From Candidatus Aminicenantes bacterium UBA2199 (GTDB lineage Bacteria; Acidobacteriota; Aminicenantia; UBA2199): a stretch of DNA of 55,649 bases. Position numbers and translations under genes: made by a program. Shown one piece after another: positions 1 through 8,211 of this stretch. The stretch is taken from positions 1 to 55,649 of the forward strand of contig DCVB01000086.1 in assembly GCA_002327965.1 (NCBI GenBank), in the 5' to 3' direction. Positions within the stretch are counted from its first letter, which is position 1, and the number at the start of each line of letters is the position of its first letter. The notes under the pieces are model-generated. The model did not search any database. It was not told where the DNA came from and saw nothing but the letters and a program-made list of their open reading frames with translations.

Positions 1-1
1 G

Positions 2-502
2 CCGCTGCAGAAAGCCATGCGCCTGGCTGAACTGGGCGTCGGCATCCTGGTCTGCGGCGCCATTTCCCGGCCGTTGCAGGCAATGGTCTCCTCGGTAGGG
101 ATCGAGGTGATCCCCTTTGTTTCCGGCGACTTGCGGGAAGTGATCGCGGCCTGGCTGAAAGGGCAATTGCCGGGTGCTGAGTTTGTCATGCCCGGCTGCG
201 GGCGGCATGGTCGCCGTAGCAGCCGAGAAAAGAATTATTATTATAAGGAGGAAATAATCATGAACGGAAGAGGACAAGGTGGAATGGGCGGCGGTCGAGG
301 GCAGGGCGGAGGCAGAGGCCAAGGGGGCGGCGGCCGGGGACAAGGAGGCGTGGGCCGCGGCCGCATGGGCGGTCCCGTGGCAGGCGGGGCGATCGGGACC
401 TGCCTTTGCCCGAAATGCGGGGAGCGCGTCGGCCATGAACGCGGGGTGCCCTGCGTGCAGCGGCAATGCCCCAAATGCGGGACTTCGCTGCTCAGAGAAT
501 AA
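2..502 (+). CDS. 5'-truncated NifB/NifX-family (FeMo-cofactor-binding-like) domain, in frame with a Gly-rich, Cys-rich C-terminal module
   Basis: Frame is open from the window edge. ILVCGAISRPL...VIPFVSG is NifX-like. The tail carries CLCPKC...PC...CPKC. An internal RBS and ATG lie at 260. Confidence 0.75.
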   Translation, partial: PLQKAMRLAELGVGILVCGAISRPLQAMVSSVGIEVIPFVSGDLREVIAAWLKGQLPGAEFVMPGCGRHGRRSSREKNYYYKEEIIMNGRGQGGMGGGRGQGGGRGQGGGGRGQGGVGRGRMGGPVAGGAIGTCLCPKCGERVGHERGVPCVQRQCPKCGTSLLRE

Positions 503-532
503 TGTATTTTATTATTAAAGAAGGAGGATAAA

Positions 533-901
533 ATGCCTAGAGGTGACAGAACGGGACCCAGGGGCATGGGTCCCATGACCGGCCGTGCGGCCGGCTATTG
601 CGCGGGTTATGGGATGCCGGGCTTCAGCAACCCGGTGGCCGGGCGCGGATTCGGCCTGGGCTTCGGCCGGGGTGGCGGCGCCTGGGGCCGCGGCTTCGGC
701 GGCCGCGGCTGGCGCAACGGGTATTACGCCACGGGGCAACCGGGCTGGATGCGCTACGGCGGCTATGCCGCCCCAGTCGGCGACCCCGACCCGGAAATCG
801 AGAAGCAGGCACTGAAAAATCAGGCGGACGCCATGCAGAGCGAGCTCGACGCCATTCGCAAGCGGCTCGAGGAGATCGAGAAAGAGGAACCGTCCAAATA
901 G
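533..901 (+). CDS. DUF5320-family protein
   Basis: N-terminus MPRGDRTGPRGMGPMTGRAAGYC, Gly/Arg-rich middle and coiled-coil C-terminus. AAGGAGG RBS. Confidence 0.85.
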   Translation: MPRGDRTGPRGMGPMTGRAAGYCAGYGMPGFSNPVAGRGFGLGFGRGGGAWGRGFGGRGWRNGYYATGQPGWMRYGGYAAPVGDPDPEIEKQALKNQADAMQSELDAIRKRLEEIEKEEPSK

Positions 902-950
902 GGCGAACGACAGAGATCGGAACAGAAACCAACCGACAAGGAGAATACCC

Positions 951-1310
951 ATGAAGATCGCTTTATCCACATCGGGCAGCGACCTGAGCGCAGCGCTCGA
1001 CACCCGCTTCGGCCGGGCTCCCAAGTTCCTGGTCTTGGACCTGGAAAACGGGAAATTCGAGATCATCGACAACCAGCAGAACCTGGACGCCGCCCAGGGG
1101 GCGGGGATCCAGTCGGCCGAGACCGTGATCCGCTCGGGAGCCAAGGCCCTGGTCAGCGGCCACTGCGGCCCCAACGCCTTCCGCGTGCTGTCCAGCGCCG
1201 GCGTCAAGGTCTACAACTCGGATGCCGCCACCGTGGCGGAGGCAGTGGAGCAGTTCAAGCAGGGGAAGCTGAAGGAGTCCGGGGGCGCGGACGTCCAGGG
1301 CCACTGGTGA
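951..1310 (+). CDS. NifB/NifX-family protein (orange-protein-like)
   Basis: Motifs RFGRAPKF, GAGIQSA and GHCGPNA. AAGGAG RBS. Confidence 0.9.
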   Translation: MKIALSTSGSDLSAALDTRFGRAPKFLVLDLENGKFEIIDNQQNLDAAQGAGIQSAETVIRSGAKALVSGHCGPNAFRVLSSAGVKVYNSDAATVAEAVEQFKQGKLKESGGADVQGHW

Positions 1311-1340
1311 CGACATTCAAAAAGACATGGAGATGAACTG

Positions 1341-1649
1341 ATGCCGGGATTTGATGGAACGGGACCGCGGGGCCAGGGCCCCATGACCGGAAAGGCGAAC
1401 GGCTTTTGCCTGCTCCGCATGCCCGATGATCCCGGGCAGCCCAGGACCGGCTTTGCCGGCCTGGCGGGACAACCTGTCGCCATGGGCCCTGATTTTCGGA
1501 AAATGGACGGCCGATCGCTTCAAGGCCGGCTGCGGGAGATGCAAGCAGAGTTAACGGCCATGAGATGCCGTTTGGACGACCTGGAAAACGGCGGCCGTGT
1601 TGCCACGCCCCAACGTCCAGGTTCTTCGGAGACAAGAGGCAAGCAATGA
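1341..1649 (+). CDS. DUF5320-like protein (second copy)
   Basis: N-terminus MPGFDGTGPRGQGPMTG..GFC and a coiled-coil-like tail. Confidence 0.75.
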   Translation: MPGFDGTGPRGQGPMTGKANGFCLLRMPDDPGQPRTGFAGLAGQPVAMGPDFRKMDGRSLQGRLREMQAELTAMRCRLDDLENGGRVATPQRPGSSETRGKQ

Positions 1650-2494
1650 TCCTGGCCATCGCCTCGGGCAAGGGCGGCACCGGCAAAACCACCCTGGCCG
1701 TGAACCTGGCCCGGGCGTTCGACCGGCCGCTGCAGCTCCTGGACTGCGATGTGGAGGAGCCGAACAGCCACCTGTTCCTCCCCGGCCAGGCCGCGGGCGA
1801 GGAGACCGTGACCATCCCCATACCCGAGGTGGACGAATCCCGGTGCGACGGCTGCAACGAGTGCGGCCGCTTCTGCGCCTACCACGCCATCGTCTCCTAT
1901 GGGGCCAAGCCGCTGGTGTTCCCCGAAATGTGCCATGGCTGCGGCGGCTGCATGCGGGTGTGCCCGAAGCAGGCGATCCGCGAGGTCCCCAGCCGCATCG
2001 GCGTGGTGGAAAGCAGGCAGTCGGGGAAGATCGCCCTGGTCACGGGGCGCCTGGACGTCGGCTCAGCCATGGCGCCGCCGCTCATCCGCGCCGTCAAGGA
2101 ACGGCTGCAGCCGGACATGCACGCCATCCTGGACGCCCCGCCCGGGACCTCGTGCCCGGTCATCGCCGCCGTGCGCGGAGCCGATTTCATCCTGCTGGTC
2201 ACCGAGCCCACCCCGTTCGGGCTTCACGACCTGCAGTTGGCCGTGGAGATGGTCCGCGAGCTCGCCATCCCCTTCGCCGTGGCAATCAACCGCGTTGGCA
2301 GCGGCGACGACCGCGTGCACCGCTTCTGCGCCGCGGCGGGCATCGAGATCATCCTGGAGGTCGCCGACGACCGGCGCATCGCCGAGGCCTATTCGCGGGG
2401 GGAATTGATCGTCGAGGCGCTGCCCGAGTACCGGCCGGCGTTCGCCGCCCTGGCCGGAAGATTGCTGCTCGGCCATAACAACAAAGAGGAATGA
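1646..2494 (+). CDS. MinD-superfamily P-loop ATPase with inserted 2x[4Fe-4S] ferredoxin domain
   Basis: SGKGGTGKTT, DCDVEEPN, CDGCNECGRFC, CHGCGGCMRVCP and DAPPGTSCP. ATGA overlap with the upstream stop sets the start at 1646. Confidence 0.92.
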   Translation: MILAIASGKGGTGKTTLAVNLARAFDRPLQLLDCDVEEPNSHLFLPGQAAGEETVTIPIPEVDESRCDGCNECGRFCAYHAIVSYGAKPLVFPEMCHGCGGCMRVCPKQAIREVPSRIGVVESRQSGKIALVTGRLDVGSAMAPPLIRAVKERLQPDMHAILDAPPGTSCPVIAAVRGADFILLVTEPTPFGLHDLQLAVEMVRELAIPFAVAINRVGSGDDRVHRFCAAAGIEIILEVADDRRIAEAYSRGELIVEALPEYRPAFAALAGRLLLGHNNKEE

Positions 2495-2497
2495 ACC

Positions 2498-2764
2498 ATG
2501 CCGACCTATGAATACGAATGCCAGAAATGCGGTTGGAAGTTCGAGAAGATGCAGCCCATCACCGCCGCGCCATTGACCCAATGCCCCAAGTGCAAGGGAC
2601 GGATCCGGCGCATCGTCAGCGGCGGGGCCGGCTTCATCATGAAGGGAGCCGCCCATGGTGCGGCCGGAAAGAGCGGCGACGACTGCAGCCTGCAGCGAAC
2701 GGGGAAGACCTGCTGCGGCCGCGAAGAGCGCTGCGGCAGGCCCGCCTGCGGAGATGAGGAATGA
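2498..2764 (+). CDS. FmdB-family zinc-ribbon protein with Cys-rich tail
   Basis: MPTYEYECQKCG...CPKC...GFIMKG, plus C-terminal C...TCCG...C..PAC. Confidence 0.88.
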   Translation: MPTYEYECQKCGWKFEKMQPITAAPLTQCPKCKGRIRRIVSGGAGFIMKGAAHGAAGKSGDDCSLQRTGKTCCGREERCGRPACGDEE

Positions 2765-3633
2765 AGGAGCTGGTCGTCATCAGCGGCAAGGGCGGCACCG
2801 GCAAGACCAGCCTGGCCGCCTCGTTCGCCGTGCTGGCCGGCCACGCCGTCACCGCCGATTGCGACGTGGATGCGGCCGACCTGCACCTGGTGCTCTCACC
2901 GCGCCCGCGCGAAAAACACGATTTTTACAGCGGCAACGAGGCGGTCATCCGCGCCGGGGACTGCACGGGCTGCGGCACCTGCGCCGGGCTCTGCCGCTTC
3001 GACGCCATCACGAAAAAGACCCGCGCCGACGGCGCAGCGGTATATGCCGTGGACCCGGTGGCCTGCGAAGGCTGCGGCGTGTGCGTCCGTTTCTGTCCCG
3101 AGCGAGCCATCGATTTTCCCGAGAGCCGCTGCGGCGAATGGATGATCTCGGACACCCGCTGCGGCCCGATGGTCCATGCCCGGCTGGGCACCGCCGCCGA
3201 GAACTCCGGCAAGCTGGTCTCGCTGGTGCGGCGCGAGGCGCGGCGCATCGCCACGGAAGCAGGACGGGATCCGGTCATCGTCGACGGCCCGCCGGGGATC
3301 GGCTGCCCGGTGATCGCCTCGCTCACCGGCGCCACCGTTGTCCTGGTCGTGACCGAGCCGACCGTCTCCGGCGAGCACGACCTGGAGCGGGTGCTGAAGC
3401 TGGCCCGTCATTTCGGCATGGCCGCGGCCGTCTGCGTGAACAAGTGGGACCTGAACCGGGAAATGACCGAACGCATCGAAAACCTGGCCCGGCGGTCGGG
3501 GGCGCAGATCGCCGGCCGCGTGCGCTACGACCGCGCCGTGACCGCCGCCCAGCTGCGCCGGCAGGCGGTGGTGGAGACCGAGGCTCCCTGTGTGGACGAC
3601 ATCCGGCAAATATGGAATAATCTCAACCTCTAG
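2761..3633 (+). CDS. Second MinD-superfamily P-loop ATPase with ferredoxin insert
   Basis: SGKGGTGKTS, DCDVDAADL, CTGCGTC, CEGCGVC, ENSGKLV and DGPPGIGCP. Confidence 0.92.
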   Translation: MKELVVISGKGGTGKTSLAASFAVLAGHAVTADCDVDAADLHLVLSPRPREKHDFYSGNEAVIRAGDCTGCGTCAGLCRFDAITKKTRADGAAVYAVDPVACEGCGVCVRFCPERAIDFPESRCGEWMISDTRCGPMVHARLGTAAENSGKLVSLVRREARRIATEAGRDPVIVDGPPGIGCPVIASLTGATVVLVVTEPTVSGEHDLERVLKLARHFGMAAAVCVNKWDLNREMTERIENLARRSGAQIAGRVRYDRAVTAAQLRRQAVVETEAPCVDDIRQIWNNLNL

Positions 3634-3642
3634 GAGCACGAC

Positions 3643-4566
3643 ATGGACAGCAAGGACAAGGAAACGAAAACGCAGCCGGGCGATACGCCGACAACGGCCT
3701 GCGAGAGCTGCGACAACAGGGAATGCCCGGCCGCCCAGCGTAAAAAGGGGGAAAGCGAGGAGGATTTCAGCGAGCGGCGCGAGCTTGAATCCCGGCTCTG
3801 CCGCATCCGCCGCAAGCTGGTCGTCCTGTCGGGCAAGGGCGGCGTCGGCAAGAGCACGGTGGCGGTGAACATCGCCGCGGCCCTGCAGATGGCCGGCAAG
3901 CGCGTCGGCTTGCTGGACGTCGACATCCACGGCCCGAGCATACCCACCATGCTGGGACTGCAGGGGGCGGTCCTGCAGAATGGGCCCGACGGGCTGCTGC
4001 CGGTGGATGCCGACGGGGTGAAGGTCATGTCGCTGGGATTCCTCCTCCCCGACCCCGACCAGGCGGTGATCTGGCGCGGTCCCCTGAAAATGGGCGCCAT
4101 CAAGCAGTTCCTCAAGGACGTGGCCTGGGGCGACCTGGACTACCTGGTCATCGACTCGCCGCCGGGCACCGGCGACGAGCCGCTCTCGGTCTGCCAGCTG
4201 ATCGGCCGGCTCGACGGCGCGGTGATCGTCACCACGCCGCAGAAAGTGGCGGCGATCGACGTGCGCAAATCGATCACCTTCTGCCGCCAGCTCGGCGTCC
4301 CCGTGCTCGGCGTGGTGGAGAACATGAGCGGTTTCGCCTGCCCCAAGTGCGGCGAGGTCTCCGCCATATTCAGCAGCGGCGGCGGCCGCCGCATCGCCAA
4401 GGACATGAAGGTGCCCTTCCTGGGCGCCATCCCCATCGATCCGGCCATTGCCGCCTCGGGGGATGATGGCCGCCCCTATGTCAGCGCTTTCGCCGCCTCC
4501 GCCACCGCCAAGGTGATGCGCGGCATCATTGCCCCGCTGCTGGCCCTCGAGGCGGACGCAAAATGA
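3643..4566 (+). CDS. mrp: Mrp/NBP35 (ApbC) Fe-S cluster carrier ATPase
   Basis: SGKGGVGKST, DVDIHGPS, IWRGP, DSPPGTGDE and ENMS..CPKC. Confidence 0.93.
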   Translation: MDSKDKETKTQPGDTPTTACESCDNRECPAAQRKKGESEEDFSERRELESRLCRIRRKLVVLSGKGGVGKSTVAVNIAAALQMAGKRVGLLDVDIHGPSIPTMLGLQGAVLQNGPDGLLPVDADGVKVMSLGFLLPDPDQAVIWRGPLKMGAIKQFLKDVAWGDLDYLVIDSPPGTGDEPLSVCQLIGRLDGAVIVTTPQKVAAIDVRKSITFCRQLGVPVLGVVENMSGFACPKCGEVSAIFSSGGGRRIAKDMKVPFLGAIPIDPAIAASGDDGRPYVSAFAASATAKVMRGIIAPLLALEADAK

Positions 4567-4601
4567 TCCCCGAAAAAACCGGACCCAAGGAGAAAACCAA
4601 C

Positions 4602-4940
4602 ATGAAGATCGCCATACCCCTGGCTGACGGAAAGTTAGCGATGCATTTCGGCCATTGCGCCAGCTTCGCCCTGATCGAAGCCGACGCCGATGAAAAGAAG
4701 ATCGTAAAGCGCGAGGATCTCCAGGCCCCGCCCCACGAACCGGGCCTGCTGCCCAAATGGCTGGCCGAACGGGGAGCCAACCTGATCATCGCCGGCGGCA
4801 TGGGCCAGCGCGCCCAGGACCTGTTCTGCCGGCACGGCATCGAGGTGATCATCGGCGCCCCGGCCGAGACGCCGGAAGCACTGGTGAATTCCTATCTGGC
4901 GGGAACCCTGAAAGGCGGCGAAAACGTCTGCGATCACTGA
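4602..4940 (+). CDS. NifB/NifX-family protein
   Basis: HFGHC, PPHEPG..P.WL, GGMG.RA and C-terminal NVCDH. AAGGAG RBS before ATG 4602; alternative start at 4563. Confidence 0.9.
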   Translation: MKIAIPLADGKLAMHFGHCASFALIEADADEKKIVKREDLQAPPHEPGLLPKWLAERGANLIIAGGMGQRAQDLFCRHGIEVIIGAPAETPEALVNSYLAGTLKGGENVCDH

Positions 4941-4992
4941 AGCTCCGGCCTTACTGGCCGGATCCGCGCGCCTCAGGGCCCCTGAACAGGCC

Positions 4993-5235
4993 ATGAGGAC
5001 ATATCTGGATTGCATCCCCTGCTTTGTCCGCCAGGCGCTGGAAGCGGTGAGGATGGTGTCCGCGGATGCCGCCGTTCACCCCATGCGCCGGGAAGCGATC
5101 GAAAAAATGCTGGCCAAGGCCGGGGTTTCCTGGTCGCTGGTGGAGGCGCTGCAGGCCCGCGGCGACCTGGCCGCTTCCGCATACGAGGGCAATGAGTACT
5201 ACCTGCGGAGTTTCAGGAAGACCGCAAAGGATTGA
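4993..5235 (+). pseudogene. Probable chimeric remnant: DUF89/ARMT1-like N-terminus fused to a radical-SAM-protein C-terminus
   Basis: MRTYLDCIPCFVRQALEA resembles DUF89 starts. AVHPMRREAIEKML...YEGNEYYLR resembles the C-terminus of radical SAM proteins usually found in these clusters. Only 80 aa. Based on recalled similarity. Confidence 0.55.
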
Positions 5236-5289
5236 CCAGAGAGGTTCTTCACGGAACCCAGCCCAACCCAGAAGGAGGAATTGGACACC

Positions 5290-5568
5290 ATGCAAAAAAT
5301 TGATGCCGACAAGGTGCTCGAGGGAGAGATTGTGGATGAGACGCGTGACGGGTCAGCGCCCGTCCCCGCCCATCAGGATGACATGAAGCCGGCGGCACAA
5401 AAGAAAAGTCCTACCGGCGGCTGGATCGAAATGATCGCCGCCATCGGCGGCGGCATCATAAGGTGGCTGGCTTCCTCGTCACCCAACACCCCCTCCGGGG
5501 GAGGGAATCAGACCGGCCGCGGCGGCGGAGGCGGCAAGATGAGGAGGCGGCGCGGAGGCCGAGATTGA
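5290..5568 (+). CDS. Small hypothetical protein with Gly/Arg-rich tail
   Basis: AAGGAGG RBS upstream; TTG 5281 is an alternative start. Tail GRGGGGGKMRRRRGG resembles other small proteins in the cluster. Confidence 0.6.
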   Translation: MQKIDADKVLEGEIVDETRDGSAPVPAHQDDMKPAAQKKSPTGGWIEMIAAIGGGIIRWLASSSPNTPSGGGNQTGRGGGGGKMRRRRGGRD

Positions 5569-5620
5569 GGGGCCGAGGCGTTCACCTGCCGACCATGGCC
5601 CGCGAACCCCGGGACCGGTC

Positions 5621-6445
5621 ATGAAGATCACCATCCTGGTCGACGACCGCGCCGGGCGCGCCGGCTTGCGGTCCGAGCACGGGCTGGCGCTGTGGATCGA
5701 GGCCGGCGGCCGCAACATCCTGTTCGACACCGGGCAGGGCGGCGTGCTGGAAAACAACGCCCGTGAGCTGGGTGTCGACCTGGAGACGACCGGTTCGGTG
5801 GTGCTGAGCCACGGCCATTACGACCACACGGGTGGGCTGGCCCGGGTCCTCCGCCGCGCTCCCGGCGCCCATGTATACGGCCACCCGTCGCTGGTGCTGC
5901 CCCGCTACAGCGTGCAGGCCGGCGTGGCGCGCTCCATCGCCATGCCGGTGCCGGCGCTGGCGGCGCTGCAGCGGCTGCCCGAGACTCGCCTGCACTGGCT
6001 GCAGCAGCCATTTCAACTCAGCGACCGCATCGGCCTCAGCGGCCCCATCCCCCGCGCCACGGATTACGAGGACAGCGGCGGGTCTTTCTGTCTCGATCCC
6101 GGAGGCAGGCATCCCGATCCGCTCGATGACGACCTGGCCCTGTGGCTGCGGAGCCCGAACGGCCTGGTCGTGTGCGTCGGCTGTTCCCACGCCGGAGTGG
6201 TGAACACGTTGCGCCATGTCCGCCGCCTGAACCAGGGACAGAAGATCCGCGCCGTCATCGGCGGGTTCCATCTGGGCAACGCCGGCCCCCGGCGCCTGCA
6301 GCGGACCATCGCCGCCTTGGGCCAGCTGGAGCCGGACAGGGTGGTCCCCTGCCACTGCACGGGTGATACCGCCATTGACGCGCTGCGCCGGGCGCTGGGC
6401 AAGCGCGTGGCGCCCGGCACAGCCGGGATGACCTTGCAATTCTGA
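5621..6445 (+). CDS. MBL-fold metallo-hydrolase (COG1237-like)
   Basis: EHGL, LFDTG, LSHGHYDHTGG, GCSHAG, GGFHL and PCHCTG. Confidence 0.92.
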   Translation: MKITILVDDRAGRAGLRSEHGLALWIEAGGRNILFDTGQGGVLENNARELGVDLETTGSVVLSHGHYDHTGGLARVLRRAPGAHVYGHPSLVLPRYSVQAGVARSIAMPVPALAALQRLPETRLHWLQQPFQLSDRIGLSGPIPRATDYEDSGGSFCLDPGGRHPDPLDDDLALWLRSPNGLVVCVGCSHAGVVNTLRHVRRLNQGQKIRAVIGGFHLGNAGPRRLQRTIAALGQLEPDRVVPCHCTGDTAIDALRRALGKRVAPGTAGMTLQF

Positions 6446-6531
6446 ATTTCGCTTTCCCCTCGCCGCCCGTCTTGGCCCCGCGGCATCCCGCTTCCTTGAG
6501 CAGGGTGCTCCATCGCCATTCCTGCCGCAAA

Positions 6532-6561
6532 TTGACAAGTAATTCGTTCGTCTGCTATAAT
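6532..6561 (+). promoter_or_regulatory. Sigma70 promoter TTGACA-18-TATAAT with extended -10 (TGn)
   Basis: TTGACA at 6532-6537 and TG-C-TATAAT at 6553-6561, both exact consensus in a GC-rich background. Confidence 0.8.
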
Positions 6562-6569
6562 AATTGCCA

Positions 6570-6854
6570 ATGAAAAAACCGGGCGCCCGAAGGTTCTTCT
6601 TCCTCTACATGCTTTTTTTCTTCGCCTTCGTCGCCTTCATCAACTTTTTTCACAGCGATTCCATCCTGGAGAAGGAACCGGACTGCCCGGCCTGCCAATT
6701 CCAGCAATCCAATATCGCACTGGCGTTCATCCTGTTCCTCTTCCTGGTCATCTTCAATTGCCTGAGGCTGCTGCCGGGCAGCGATATCATCCCCGTTTAT
6801 TTCGTGCCGCTTTCCCGGGAACGATCCCGGGCCCCGCCGCTCCGCTTCTCCTAG
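6570..6854 (+). CDS. DUF2946-like leader peptide (hydrophobic N-terminus, H..CxxC, C-terminal RAPP)
   Basis: MKKPGARR + hydrophobic helix, FHSD...DCPACQF, and SRERSRAPP close to the C-terminus. Confidence 0.75.
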   Translation: MKKPGARRFFFLYMLFFFAFVAFINFFHSDSILEKEPDCPACQFQQSNIALAFILFLFLVIFNCLRLLPGSDIIPVYFVPLSRERSRAPPLRFS

Positions 6855-6920
6855 GTTCCCGCGTTTAACCCGGCCGGCGCCCAGACGGCGGCGGCCGATC
6901 TCAACCATTCAGGAGAAATA

Positions 6921-8195
6921 ATGAAACTGAAAATCATACCGGTCATCCTGCTGCTGGCTGCATTGGCCATGACGCCCCGCCTGTCCGGACAGGAAGGCGG
7001 CGGCAATCCCTTCGCCCAGGCCAAGTTCGTTCCCGATATCTCGCTCATTCTCGACACGTCGTTCGTCATTCGCGACCTCGATGACGAATGGTTCAACATG
7101 CTGTGGCTGCCGGGATTCTCTCGCGCCGGCGCTGCCGGGAGGGCGGCGGAACTCGACGAGTCGAACCTGGAGAAGGGCTTCAATCTCAACTACGCCGAGC
7201 TCAGCCTGGCCTCGGTGGTCGACCCCTACTTCGACCTGTTCGCCGTGTTCCACCTTTCCCAGGAGGGCTTCGACATCGAGGAAGCGTACTTCAGCACCCG
7301 GCGCCTGCCGGCCGGGCTGCAGCTGCGCGGCGGCAAGTTCCTCAGCCAGTTCGGGCGCATCAACGGCCAGCATGCCCATTACTGGGATTTCGCCTCGGCC
7401 CCGCTGGTGCAGTCGGCCTTTTTCGGCGGCGGCGGCCTGGGAGAACTGGGCGCCCGCCTTTCCTGGGTGGCCCCCCTCGATGTCTTTCTGCAGCTTGCGC
7501 TGGAAGTGCTTCAGGGCGATAACGGCATGAGTTTCGGCCGCAAAGGCTTTGAATTGCCGGACGTCTCCGTCGCTGACGTGCAGGCTCCCGGCCTGCTCGT
7601 CGCCACGGCGAAGAGCTCGTTCGACGCGGGCAACCTGACCGTCCTGGCCGGCCTTTCCGCCGCCGCCGGCAGCTCCCGGCACGCCCCCGGCCTGGATGAC
7701 GGGGACGGCACAACGGCCTTTGCCGGCAGCGCCGCCGTGTTCGGGGCCGACCTCACCCTCAAATACCTGTTCGATTCGACCCGCTACCTGTCGCTGCAGG
7801 CCGAGGTGATGAGCCGCTCCAGCCGCGGTGACCGCTACGATTTCGACGCCGTGGACGGCTGGCTGCTCCGCCGGCAACGCGGCCGCCAGGGAGGCATGTA
7901 CGCCCAGGCCGTAACCCGGCTGAACAAGCGCCTGCGCCTGGGAGCGCGCCTCGACCTGATCTGGCAGAACGACGTGCGCCTGGCGGGCGCCCGCCAGGAC
8001 CTGCCCGGAAACCTGGCGCGCTACGCGGCCATGGGCGAATGGAACCCGACCGAATTCTCGCGTCTGCGATTGCAGTACACGTACGACCGCAGCCGCCACG
8101 CCCAGGTCTACGGGCTATGGCAGCGGGAACCGGTCCATGAACTCGCCCTGCAAGTGAACATCACCATCGGCGCCCACGGCGCCCACGCTTTTTAG
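6921..8195 (+). CDS. Outer-membrane beta-barrel/porin associated with Zn-type uptake
   Basis: Signal peptide, PDISLILD, EL...VDPYF, EEAYF, FGRIN.QH.H.W.F, PTEFSRLRLQY and C-terminal GAHGAHAF. Confidence 0.8.
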   Translation: MKLKIIPVILLLAALAMTPRLSGQEGGGNPFAQAKFVPDISLILDTSFVIRDLDDEWFNMLWLPGFSRAGAAGRAAELDESNLEKGFNLNYAELSLASVVDPYFDLFAVFHLSQEGFDIEEAYFSTRRLPAGLQLRGGKFLSQFGRINGQHAHYWDFASAPLVQSAFFGGGGLGELGARLSWVAPLDVFLQLALEVLQGDNGMSFGRKGFELPDVSVADVQAPGLLVATAKSSFDAGNLTVLAGLSAAAGSSRHAPGLDDGDGTTAFAGSAAVFGADLTLKYLFDSTRYLSLQAEVMSRSSRGDRYDFDAVDGWLLRRQRGRQGGMYAQAVTRLNKRLRLGARLDLIWQNDVRLAGARQDLPGNLARYAAMGEWNPTEFSRLRLQYTYDRSRHAQVYGLWQREPVHELALQVNITIGAHGAHAF

Positions 8196-8211
8196 AAAGA
8201 GGAGAAAACGC

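Noticed and set aside
4560-4602. Selenocysteine or stop read-through joining Mrp to NifX (also considered for the precursor TGA at 22530)
   Set aside because: The downstream genes are in different frames and I could not identify a SECIS-like hairpin.
2-4940. Nitrogen fixation genes
   Set aside because: Only NifX-like small domains and MinD/Mrp ATPases are present, with no nifH, nifD, nifK, nifE or nifN.
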